From the NCBI GenBank assembly GCA_026023565.1, contig JAPETS010000012.1, positions 372,001-436,000 of the forward strand: a stretch of DNA of 64,000 nt, given 5' to 3'. Positions within the stretch are counted from its first letter, which is position 1. Each line of letters starts with the position of its first letter. The translations under genes were made by a program, and so were the position numbers. The notes below the pieces were generated by a model. That model ran no database searches, was not told the DNA's origin, and worked only from the letters and a program-made list of their open reading frames with translations. The DNA is from Cirrosporium novae-zelandiae. Taxonomy: Eukaryota. Below are positions 38,822 through 50,485 of the stretch, piece by piece.

Positions 38822-39811
38822 TTATCCAGCTCCAAGGATTCGTAATGGTAGTAGCTTGGTAGAATTTCCACATCGGGGTCTGGAGAAATGTTGGGGCCGC
38901 CGTAGTGGTCGTGGATGCATGGTGAGAGTTGGGGAGGGGGGGGGGCGAGATCTGGTCATGGTGGTTTGGAAGATGGGTTCCCAGGATGTCGAGAAGGGGG
39001 GCGGAGAAGTCGAGGGGGTCATGTCGTCGGTTTTGATGGTGGTGGTATTACTGGCGGCGGAGTTGGCGTCGTCGTCGTCGTTTGCCGATGTGTGAGAGCG
39101 GCTTAGTTTTACAAAGGGCGCTGGGACTTGGCTGGATTGATGGCGCGTTAGGACTTCCGGTGTTGGTGGTGTCGTGTGGGGACTTGATGTGCATGTATTC
39201 GTCCTTGCTAGAGCAGTGGTGACGGGGGGTCGGTCTCTTCTAGGGATGGAGGCGGAGCTTCGGACGAGGGTTGTCTCCATCGTGGGGGGGAGGGGGATAA
39301 GGGAGAGGTGTGGGTTTCACGGAAGCGGACTTTCTTTTCTCTGCGTCGTCGTGGTTGCGTGGTTTGATGCTCATGCTCCTCCTCCTCTATGTGTGGAGAT
39401 CTTTCTGCGTCTGGTTATTGTTGTTGTTCGAGTTGCTCGGCTATTTCTTTGGTTTGCGTTTGTGTTATTGTTGTTTTTTCTTCGTTCTTGTGTTGGTTTT
39501 GGCTTTGGAGATGTTAGTGTGAGCGGCGGTTAGGATCCACGAGTCAAAAAATCATGATATTGGCTTATAGTCACTATGTGAATGTCGTTTATATAAAAAG
39601 CCTAGTGAATGACTTTTTTCTTTAGTTTCTTTAATATATATATATAAAGGGGTTTGGAAACCCTGGGTAACGATGTATTTTGAGAGGATGAGTGAATAGG
39701 GAGATGGGAAAGACCAGATGGAATGGGTTTCCTTATATACCTATTAAGGTGGAGTCGCTCCTGGCCGATTTTTTTTGGGCCGACACCTTGATTGAGACTC
39801 GGGGAAGACAT
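38822..39811 (-). pseudogene. Degenerate low-complexity gene relic of unknown family
   Basis: One frame reads KEIAEQLEQQQ*PDAE..RRREKKVRFRET..SPLL*QGR, with TAA/TAG next to Gln codons. Confidence 0.35.
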
Positions 39812-40291
39812 TAAAACCTGGGGTTTTGTTGGGGTTTCTGTTGTGTGCTAGTTAATTTGTTATCCTAAAGCTTGAGGAAGTAAGTTGCCTTGATTTGGAA
39901 GCTCCTTTCAGGGAGTTTGGGGCAGAAAAGGCTCTTTGAAGGTATTGGCCCCGTTGATCACAGGATGACGATGTTTGATATTTGCAGGTACGTCTAGTAA
40001 AAGTTTAGTCGTGTTAAAATTTAGAGAAACTGTGACACTCAAAGGAGAGAGTAATACAACTTGAAGTTTTAGCATGGAATTCGATATTTCTTCGATTTAT
40101 AGCCCCATTGGCTGATGTTTCAGCTCCGATACAATTATAAGGCAAGACTTGAAAGTCAAAAAAAGCAAAAGCATTAATGATATGTATGCAAAGTTAACTT
40201 TTCAGCTCCGCTCAACGCCTGAACCTATTCCCTGCTTTCTAACTATTAACCACCCACCCAGGTGGTCTATAGTTATTTTATCAGTTACATT

Positions 40292-41224
40292 TCACGTCTT
40301 CGTTTCTATATCATTGAGCAGCTGGTTGAAATCTTTCTCCTCTCCAACCAGATCTTGACTGTTGAATGATGCCAGCCATCTAATCTTTTTAATGCAAGTC
40401 ATCTCCCTCAGCTTTGAAAGTATAACAAAATGTCCGTTGACTTTCCGAGATTCTGCGAGAAGCTTTTCATAGCATCCGTAGTCGGGATTTCTGACTAGAT
40501 CCTGTCTTGTATTCTCTTGCAGTATCAATTCCAGCACCACAAGGTCTCGGAGGTTGCTGATAAGCTTCATCAAGTGCTCGAGGGATTTCCATTTAGGGAC
40601 TAGGACGAACATAAGACGGTCGGAGACGGTATACGGCATACTGCGTAAATGCCAATAAGTAATCAATTCTTTGTCCACATTAATGGAGAGGTGTTTGATT
40701 AGACTCCGTCGTTCTTCGCCGATGGCTTCTAGGAAGGGGACACATTCCTCGTGTTTTCTGAAGGTGAACTTCGCCTCTTGCCAGAATAGAGGCATTGCTT
40801 CGTTATATATATCACGACATGTTGAAAAGAAAGGAAGATGATCTGAGAAAAGGTATTGCTGAGATTCGAGTTTAGGACAATGACCAATAAGAGAGAAGGC
40901 ATGTTCGCTGCCATCCATATAAGTATGGAGGTGGAGGTTGGAATGAATGTCGAGTACGTAACGATAGATTTGGAGGCGAATTTCCAAAGGAAAGTGGAAG
41001 AATAGAGTAAATTGTGGACCTTGCACATGTTGTTTCTGAGGGTTGGACGGGTAACGTTTGTTGAGGATTTGTTGGAGTTGACCTAAAACCTGGTCTTTGA
41101 CGTTTCTGGGTGCCAGTTGAGCCTGTAGGGCTTCAATAACTGTCAACTGAGCCTTGATAGCTCTTAAGCGTTGATCAACCGACAACCGCCCCATGTCTTC
41201 TGAGTGTTCAATGGAAGATCCCAT
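40292..41224 (-). CDS. Hypothetical protein with an F-box-like/2EXR-like motif
   Basis: Intact 310 aa ORF with FTLFFHFPLEIRLQIYRYVL and TCRDIYNEAMPLFW. Confidence 0.7.
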   Translation of the reverse strand: MGSSIEHSEDMGRLSVDQRLRAIKAQLTVIEALQAQLAPRNVKDQVLGQLQQILNKRYPSNPQKQHVQGPQFTLFFHFPLEIRLQIYRYVLDIHSNLHLHTYMDGSEHAFSLIGHCPKLESQQYLFSDHLPFFSTCRDIYNEAMPLFWQEAKFTFRKHEECVPFLEAIGEERRSLIKHLSINVDKELITYWHLRSMPYTVSDRLMFVLVPKWKSLEHLMKLISNLRDLVVLELILQENTRQDLVRNPDYGCYEKLLAESRKVNGHFVILSKLREMTCIKKIRWLASFNSQDLVGEEKDFNQLLNDIETKT

Positions 41225-42039
41225 GCTGTTTCCTCATGGCTTTATTCTGTGACGAAAGGTGAGAAGCTTGGCTCTGGACTAATTATATCCTTGGAACTTT
41301 TTAAACCAGCCTGTGCGGGGAAGCTTGATGATTTATTAATGTATCCTCTCACGTCAGTTCATCAGCCTGGAATTTCTTGAAATAAAAATAAAAAAAAGAA
41401 AGCAATTGGGTGAATTTTCTTTGGTACTGTACAGTAGTCGAAAGATTTACATTTCACATCCCTGACCAATTCACTGTGCAGCTATATACCCAGGTAAATT
41501 CTTTACTTGCAGCTGTGAGCGGAAAGGGCGGAGTTCCCAAAATTAAGTTACACAGCCCTGGGCCTCCAGGTGCCTTTGCTTTGGGCCTAAAACCTCCGCT
41601 TTGACTGGTGGTGAAACAAGCTACAGTAACTGTATATCTAGGACTACACAGGATGGTGCCTGAAGGTATGTTATGTCGTTGAAAATGCAATAATTAATGA
41701 TAATGTCGTTGCCTGCCGCCGTAGTCCTCTGATAACAATCTCAAGTCTCCAAAATTAAGAGGATCGTCAATGTGATATACTTGATCGGGTTTGCTGACCT
41801 TTCTACTTTTGGGTGTCAGCGCGATGTGGCTATGCCAGTGCTGAAAGTAAAGGAAAATATCAATCCAATCACCTGCCAAGGCCCCCTCCAGGTGCCCCAA
41901 AAGCTTGATGAGCAACAAGCTTCTTACGCCCGTTATCAATTGATCAATATTACTGCCTGATTCTTGCCTTGTATATATATCTAAACTAACATGGCTACTT
42001 TCTTGCGCCTCTCGTTATTATCCTTCAAGCTTAACTCAT

Positions 42040-42125
42040 TGACTCCTTGACTCTTTGACCCCTTGAATTTTTGACTTTTGACCTTTGACCTTTGACCTTT
42101 TGACCTTCACTTTTGACTTTGACTC
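42040..42125. repeat. Degenerate (TTTGACC/T)n array just upstream of the ATG at 42158
   Basis: About 11 imperfect TTGAC-containing units. Confidence 0.85.
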
Positions 42126-42157
42126 CTGGATTTTCCATCACAATTCCTTCAGTCACC

Positions 42158-43773
42158 ATGGGTCCCATCGCAAGACTAATTGGATCTGGCATTGGATTGG
42201 TCCAAGAGGCTCGTGCAGCCAATAAGGCAAAGTCACCATCTGCTGAACCAAACAGCGACGACAGGTTTGGAGAAGATGAAGCTGCTGCTTCCTCGTCCAG
42301 AGCTCCTCCACCACCTCGACCTTCAATTGATCCCATTGAAAAACACGATTCAAAGGATGGTTACAGCGACGATTCAGATGGTCCTTTTAATGATGACGAG
42401 GCCTACTGGGACCTCGATGAAGCAATTGAGGGCAGCCGCGAATCTTTACCTTCCTACGAACAGTCTCAAGCCAGCGATGATGTCGATTCCATGATTCGAT
42501 CTTTTGTGGCCCACCATCCAGCACCAGCGTACTCTTCTACCACTCGATTGCCTCTCCCGGTGATTATTCCCCAACGAAGGCCTCGTAACAAAACACGAGG
42601 CTTTGTTCACGCCTATGCACCGGTACTCGCAGATTGTGGAATTGATCAGCAGACCTTCTTAGATTTCCTGGTCACTTTCCACAAAGCCAGCCAGGTATGA
42701 TCATAACCACTACGATCTTTCCCAGTGGAATGTCTATTAATCTGGAATAGGCTTCACCGTACATTGAGGTTATCAATCTTGCTGCAATGGGCCTGGGATT
42801 TGTGCCATCGATATCGACTCAAGTTACTAGCGCCGTTCTACAGATCGTTGCTGGCACCGCGAAAGCGGTACAATCAAGATATAGGTTTGACATCTGCTAC
42901 TATAACGTCTACAGTCCCTAATGCGAACACTATTCTAGGACCAATTCTTTTCTTGACAAAATGAACGATCAACTCTTCAAGCCGCATGGCCTATTTTGCA
43001 TGATCATGACTTTCAAACCCGATAAACCTAACTCTCTATGTGAAGAAATTGATATAAATAAATTGGTCGTCAAGACAATGACACCTGCTAGTTCAGCCAT
43101 GAGGGAGAAAATGAAGAGTCTTCGCATGGCTAGTGGGGAAACTCGTGGCGAGTTACAGCTTCCTGAAGCAGCGCCTCTAATATTTCCTAAGCTTGATCAA
43201 TTGGCGGACGAAGCCGGCGCAGACCAAGCAAAGCAGAACAAATTTAAGCAGAGCACGGCTTTTGTGAGCGACTATCTTGATCGGAGGGCTCAGGCTACTT
43301 ATGTAAGTCATAGTCTAAGAATCGAAGAGGCAACACCACTGACCAACGCTAAAGAACGCTCAAAATCCGAACTCAATTCTCGCCGTTCAACAGCCCCAGC
43401 AGTTTGCTTCTCGTTACAGTGATCCCAACCATCCTGCATCAAGCGGTTCGCTCATTAGCCTTGTGACTGGTGGTCACGTTAATCCTATGGCAGCTCGTCA
43501 AAGCAGACGGGCCGCGAAACATGAGCGCAAAGACCAGAAAAGAGCTCGCTATGGGCGGGATCCTGTATCTAGAGGGCCAAACGGGAGGAAACAAACAATG
43601 ATCAGGAAAGCATTGACACAGGTAGGTCACTAAAATGACTAGAATGATTAACCACTCCCTAAAGTCCCAAGACACAAGAAGCTAATGCATCTAACTAGAA
43701 TGTACTATATCTGATGGTGGTTAATATGCCAACCGATGAGGAAATTGCAGAGGCTAGAACTTTTCTAGGCTAA
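42158..43773 (+). CDS. Conserved fungal hypothetical protein (PVIIPQRRP..RGFV.AYAPVL family)
   Basis: Five exons splice in frame (introns 42695-42750, 42885-42938, 43303-43354, 43622-43698). Motifs FASRYSDPNHPASSGSLISLVTGG and VLYLMVVNMPT. Confidence 0.85.
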
Positions 43774-43901
43774 GAAGATGGTTTGCATAATTACGAGTTA
43801 TAGTTGGATGAAAAGATGGCGCAGCATTATGATATTTCTATAATTGATATTGAACTCACTTAAACTTGAATAACTCTTTCTCTCGGGTTCAGCATTATGC
43901 T

Positions 43902-45311
43902 TTACAGTCTTGCGTCTGATTTCTCGGCCTCATTGATCCACTGAATGTCGTCTTTCAAATACTTATGCGCTCTTAGATCTCCCGATCTTGCATGTCCTTC
44001 AAACTTCTCTGCTCTTGCTGCGCGTCCACACAATCGACCCAACTCCCCGCTTGACTGTTCTGAAGTGACTTCCTGATACGTAACAGTACGAAGGAACTTG
44101 CCCACCCACAGACCACCTGTATATCGTGCAGCCTTTCGGGTAGGTAAAACATGGTTTGTGCCAATGCATTTATCTCCATATGAAACGCAAGTCTTCTCGC
44201 CTAGGAACAACGCACCGTACTGTTTCATCTTGGTGAGGGCCTCACGAGGATTCCTCGTCAGAATCTGAACATGTTCGGCGGCGTACTTGTCCGCAAGGGC
44301 ATATGCTTCGTCTAAATTATCGACAACAGCTACTTCTCCGAACGATGACCAAGATTGGCTGGCAATAGGCGCAGTGGGTAGAATCTTAAGCAACTCGTTG
44401 ACCGTTTCTATTGCCTTGTTCCCAACGGTCTCCGAGGTTGTAATGAGGACCGCTGGGGTGTCAGGTCCATGCTCGGCCTGCGATAGCAGATCAGTAGCAA
44501 TAGTAAAGGGGTCGGCGTTTTCATCGGCCACAATTAAGACCTCGGTAGGTCCCGCAAACAGATCAATTCCAACCTCACCGAACAACATTCTCTTTGCCTC
44601 GGCCACAAAGGCATTTCCAGGTCCAGCAATAAAATCTACTCTTGGAATGGTTTCGGTTCCAATTGCCATGGCAGCAACAGCTTGAACCCCTCCCAAGATG
44701 TAGATGGCATCCGCACCAGCGAGGTGCATGGCAGCGATGGTGCTATAGGGGATCTCACCAGCAATTGGTGGGGTACAACCAATGACATGAGGAACACCAG
44801 CGACCTTTGCAGTCAGAATAGTCATATGCGCTGAGGCAAGCAAAGGATATCGACCACCAGGAATATATCTATAAAGGGTCACATCACATCAGCACACAAC
44901 TCCCTCCAACCCTTTCAATTTGGGCAAAAAAAAAAAAACTTACGCCCCCACTCGCTCAATCGGAACATTCTTCTGCCCCAACCAAACCCCCTCCCCCATC
45001 TCCATCTCAAACTCCTTTAAGTTTTCCTTCTGCACCTTCGCGAACCTCCTCACATTATCCTGCACCTGCTTGATATCCTCAATCACCTGTGCCGACACCT
45101 TGGTGGTCATGATGTCCTCGATTTCGGCTGCGGAGAGCTTGAACGAGGGGGGTGTCCATTTGTCGAATTTTTGGGAGTAGTTCCGTACGGCGGTGTCGCC
45201 GTTGGTGCGGATATCATCGATTACGCCTTTGACGACGGATGCGACGTCGAAGGTGGGTGAAGATGAGGTGGAGGAGGGAGGGGCTTTGGATTTTAGGTAT
45301 CTTGGTGCCAT
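43902..45311 (-). CDS. Stand-alone histidinol dehydrogenase homolog (HisD family, HpsN-like)
   Basis: Start MAPRYLK, intron 44869-44943. Motifs YIPGGRYP, GGVQAVAAMA, GPGNAFVAEAKR, IDLFAGPTE, SQAEHG, AEHVQ, SYGDK..GTNHVLPT and EGHARS. Confidence 0.92.
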
Positions 45312-45319
45312 GGTGATCC

Positions 45320-47800
45320 GAGTTGTTTGTTGTTGCTGGTTTTGGAGACTACAGCTGCTTTGAGAATAAACCCGACACTTTCGTCGTCGTTGTTGTTGTT
45401 GTTTTATTCCGTCGTGACAATAATGATGTATACCACGTCGTTGTCTCCGTCCTCGTTGTTCTTGTTGTGATGATATCAATCCCAATCCCGACAGCCCGTT
45501 AACAATAGAGCTACCTCTAAAACCAGAAATAATACCTCTTCTAAAAAATAATGACGATGAAGCTGATAATGATGATGGTAATAATAATAACGATAATGCT
45601 CCCGTATTCATATTATGTCATGTCATTCCATCCCATTCATTTATCCCAATCTCAAAAAAAAGGGTGCCCACATACATAGCATCGGGTATATTATATATAT
45701 TTCTCTACCTAGATCTATAACCGATATTAAACATGGATATGGATATAGAAAATCAATGCCCCCCCCCTCCCACCTCCGATCAACCTTACCTACCTACCTA
45801 CCCATACCCATCGATCCAAACCCGCCCTCGGCAAGGAGACCATCCCCCCCCCCCCCCACCTATTTCTCATTTCCTCATTTCTCTCATTTCTCTCATTTCT
45901 CTTCAAACGGCAACCGGCAATCGGAGGAATGAAAGGACTTGAACCATCCAATTACCTATTGCTTATTTTTGTTTAATTGGTTAGTAGATATTGGTTGGTT
46001 AGATAATAGGATAATCCAAGAGAGAACAAAAAAAAATGTAGTAAGTAATTAACATAGACATGGATGTACACACACTCCACAGTTACAATTCCAATGACGG
46101 TATCTACAATACAATGTAAAAACCACCCACCAACATGCCTACTCCAAACAACCCACACTCACTCACTCACTCACCCACTCACTCACCCAATACCAATAAC
46201 CAATAACCAATCCCCCAATCCCCCATTTCCATACCCTAAAAAAACCCCAAAATCCCCAAACCTCAAAACCAAAAGTCTCGGATCCCCCCACTTCCCTCCG
46301 TTCTTTCCCCCACATACTTACCCGAGACGCAAGACCAAGACCACCCCACTCGTTTGTTCGTTTGTTTGTTTGTTAGAGAGGGGGGGAATAAAGAATGTTC
46401 TGGATTTTTGGAATTATGAGTTGGTTGATTGAGGGATTTTTGGGGTGATTTTTGGGGGGAGGGGTTGTAATGGATGGGAGGTGGATGGGAGATGGGTTGT
46501 TCGCTTGTATGCGATATAGAATACATAATCTAGATAAAATACATCAAATACATCAAAGACCTAACCTCTACTTGCCTACCTACCTACCCACACACATGAA
46601 TAAAAAAAAAAGCAAGAAAAAAAAAAAGTCCATCTACCCCATCTATACCAACCAACTTTACATAACTCAATACACAACAACACAACAATATTAATTAATC
46701 AAACAATATTGTTTTTCTACAATACTGTAATCCGTTCAGTAACGAATAGAAGAAACCCCCCTCGTGGTGCTTAATTGTATACTTCAGATACCTTGGTAGA
46801 TACTACTAGATAGATAGGATATCGGAACTTGTTACTGTGGTAATTAGCTCTAGATTTTTCGGCATTCGATCTCGGTAATTATTACCTTGGATCCGGTAAT
46901 TACTGAACAGGGATTAATTAGAGAGAGGGTTCGGCAACTTCGGCAACTTCGGCAACTTCGGTAACTTCGGCATTTCGGTAGGCATTTCGGTATCTATCTT
47001 ACTGTACCTCTCTAGGGATCTACTCGAGTAAGTGATTGGGGGAGGTTGATGATGATGGTCGTGATTGGTTTTTTTGTACAGTACTTCACAGTTAGAAATC
47101 AACCAAACTACCTTAGCGAACCAATCCCAGAAAACGGTACCGACCTTCTTCTTCTTCTTCTTCAATACAAAAAAATTCAAATTTTCGAATAGCCTAAGCA
47201 ATCGATTCAATATAAAAGCTTCCTCCTCTTCCTTCCTAGGCAAGGAGTGGAGAGGTTTGGGTTCTATTTGAGGAGAGGGGGGTTATTTATTGGAAGTTGG
47301 AAGTGGGATGTTGGGTTTAAGGAGGGAGGGAGGGAGGGATATAGGGGACATGGTTATGGTTATAGTTGTTTAATTATGTGTGTGTGTGTGGTGATATGAT
47401 ATATACCACTACATCTGTCATTACTCTCTTTTATTTCATCTAACTTATCCGCGACTACACTACATCTCCCACCACCTCCCACCACCTTCCCTTCCCTTCT
47501 TCCCCAACCCACCATTCACTTCTTTTCATTCATTCAATATAACCCCTGTCCTTTCCTTTCCTTTCCATTCCCAACCAACCAACCAACCAACCAACCACAT
47601 TTCCTTTCTTCCCCCCTCTCCCACAAAAAATTAATTCGCTATAGGAGGAAGTTTATTAATATTTATTTACCTATCTATGTTTATGGGGATTTTTCTTTTC
47701 TATCTATCACATTCTCGTCTCGTTCTTAGGTGAATGTCTATCTACCTAATCTGGCCCCCCCCCCTAAATCCCTAAAATATTTAATATCCCAAACCGCGCT
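45320..47800. repeat. Low-complexity, microsatellite-rich intergenic tract
   Basis: Contains (GTT)n, (GAT/AAT)n, (ACTC)n, (CATTTCTCT)n, (CCAA)n, (GT)n, (GGGA)n and homopolymer runs. Confidence 0.85.
46930..46991. repeat. 9-bp period CGG-containing array (TTCGGCAAC)n with degenerate units
   Basis: ttcggcaac ttcggcaac ttcggcaac ttcggtaac ttcggcat ttcggtaggcat ttcggt. Confidence 0.9.
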
Positions 47801-50485
47801 TTTCAAGAAGTCGTAGTTACTCCTTACTCCTTCGTTATCAACATACCAGTGGATATCCTTTGCTCTTGTCATGTCCCTACTTTACGGGGGGCCTACCTAT
47901 TCTCATTATCAACAGCAAGTCCATTGGAACTCGGCTTCCTCGCTTCAAGGGTTTTCTGGATTTGCTTCATGCTTGGCTTAGAGAGGTGCTAGAGGTGCTA
48001 GAGGTTTTAGGGGTGGTCGATAGCTTGCTTGCACATGCCCTAAGCCGATTAATAGTCGGATACATCCATCCCATCATCTAGTTCTCTTACCGAATTTATT
48101 TTTCTAAATTCTCTGAGATTGTGATGTAACAGTATGAGAAAGCAGGCTTTGGATATTTCATTTATTATAAATCTTAATCTGTTGGGGGGGCATTCGATGC
48201 GTTCTAAGTCTATAGTTTTACTTCCTTCTCCCCCTGCCAGCCAGCGAGCCTTCTGGGTTTCCTTACCCTCTCTCTATCTTTTTCTACACAGATTACCCCC
48301 CTCACCCCCTACAATAGAATTAGTTGTAATCATGGCCTTGTGAATAATCTTTCCGATCTTCGGCTGTTTTATACCATGTGCTACAAGGAAAAGAAATTTG
48401 CCTGCATGAGTTCACACTAATAAGTTCGTTACAACAGTTCAGCCGTCTCTATATAAAGTCCTTGGGACGATAGTGTACCATAGTAGAGCATGTCCTCGTG
48501 TTCGATATAAGGTGATAAGGAATTACAGATTAAATAAAATAGGGGGATAAAAGCAAATGGAATAAAAGTAATGTTTGGTAGGAAAACCTCCTATGTTAAT
48601 TTTCCAAGGAAAATTCTCTGTGTTAGAATCAAAAGAGCCATGGTTTCCAGTTACATAGAAATTCCCCAGACTCGCTTTATAAGAAAACATTTTTAAGGTT
48701 ATCCTGGGGTCTCCAATACGGGAGCCCCAAGTTATATGCCTATGAAACTGTCAGACTTAGGTTTTCTCTTGAGTCGACGATTTATTGTCCATGGTATCTC
48801 CTCTAGACGGTGATTCTGAGGAAGCTACCGATGATGGCAATGTAGGGACATTTCTTTACGATCCTATTGCAACAACGGCACCTGAGAAAGGGTTTCTCGG
48901 TGAAGCTTCTAAGCGACCCATTTTGGGTCAAATGTGAGCCGGGACAAAGTTTACTTGGTGTCGAAAATTATTTATAAAGATAATGTAATCCCAACTCCGT
49001 CATGAAATTATTTTTAGGATATTTACCGTTATTTTTCCGGTAAAGCAAGCATAAACGTGTACGGCGATAATAGACAAAAACTACCAATTGAGATCCAACT
49101 TGCAGCAGATCATATCTGGAGGAGGTCGGTGCAGAAGGGTATACATGGAAAACCTCGTGCTGTTCTCTAATGTATATCCAAAGAGGATGTTCAGATCAGG
49201 TAGGGGCTCGTCGTGAGGACTATACCCGGCTGGATATTGAGACAGATGATCTTGCGAAGAGGGGAGTATGGCGAATCGACCGATAGTATATGAATGTTAA
49301 GTACTGAAGTGAGGTGAATGGATAGAAAACTCGTTAGTAGTAAATGTTAGGGTTATATAAACCGGTCACGTGGCACCCACTATTTAGCTAGCGATTTCCA
49401 CACATAGAATTTACAAGTTTGTCGCATCTATCTGCTCCAATAGTAAAAGGTGCGAAAGCAGACGCCTACGGATTGTTAGAATAGGTCATCACGAAACATA
49501 ATGAAAATGACCAGGGGAAACCATGCCAAATTACCAGAATTACCGAGGACAACAAAATATATTCGCCCCCTTGCAACTCCAAAGAATATTTGTGGTTTCA
49601 AGTATCCCTGTACATATATAGAACGTCGGCTTCTGATGAAAGAGTAAGACTTACTTTATCGACATTACTAATACCAAGTAATTTCTTCATGCCCATCTTC
49701 GGAAAAGTCTCAAGGAGCTTCATGGTGAAAAATATATAATGTTGCTACCGACGCGTTTTTGGGGGTGATATAAATAGTCCTAGAGATTTGATAGCTCATG
49801 CTATAGAATCTTGGTAGAGAATAGATAGCAGTAATAAGGAGGGGTATCAGTTACTCGATGGGGATATTTGAGAAAAGTATGATAGGTATGCTATCCACTT
49901 ACCCAAGAAATGAAGGTCTAGCTTAGAGCGGAAAAACTATGTTTTGCTACATAATTTCGTAGGTTAATCGAGGGGAAATGTCAAGAGAATAATTGAAAGA
50001 GTAAATATATAGTTCGCCGAGGTCTCACAGCAAGTAGTTTAAACAAACAATCCAAGTTAAACTCAAGGTCTTAGGAGTGGTGGTGAAATACTAAAGTGGT
50101 CGGTGACATCAAAAAGGAATATTCATATTCCCAAAGGGACATTTGTACGAAATGTGTGCAACATCAGCCTATAGAATGGGGACGGATACGGAGAAACAGG
50201 AACAGGTATTCACTCCAATGTGAAAGAACGGCGCCACAGCATAGCATGGCTATCACTATTCACGAAATTGTAGCGAGGTTCGGCAGTGACGGGATAGAAA
50301 CTCCAATATTCGCAATAGTAAAACACCTAGTTAAGAAGTAGCATCCAAACAAACCAAGACCGTGTCTATAAATGACCTCGTCCCTATTCCACAAGACCCT
50401 TTCAATCACCATCCCTGGGAATTCGCATACCTCAGATTTATAAAATCTCTACACACCTAATCGTGGCCCGCTATCCCGAATATCA

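Noticed and set aside
45312..45611. N-terminal extension of the HisD-like ORF
   Set aside because: It is translated microsatellite; family similarity starts at MAPRYLK (45311).
48300..50400. Transposon relic in the ORF-poor stretch
   Set aside because: No TIR, LTR or transposase/RT motif could be recognised.
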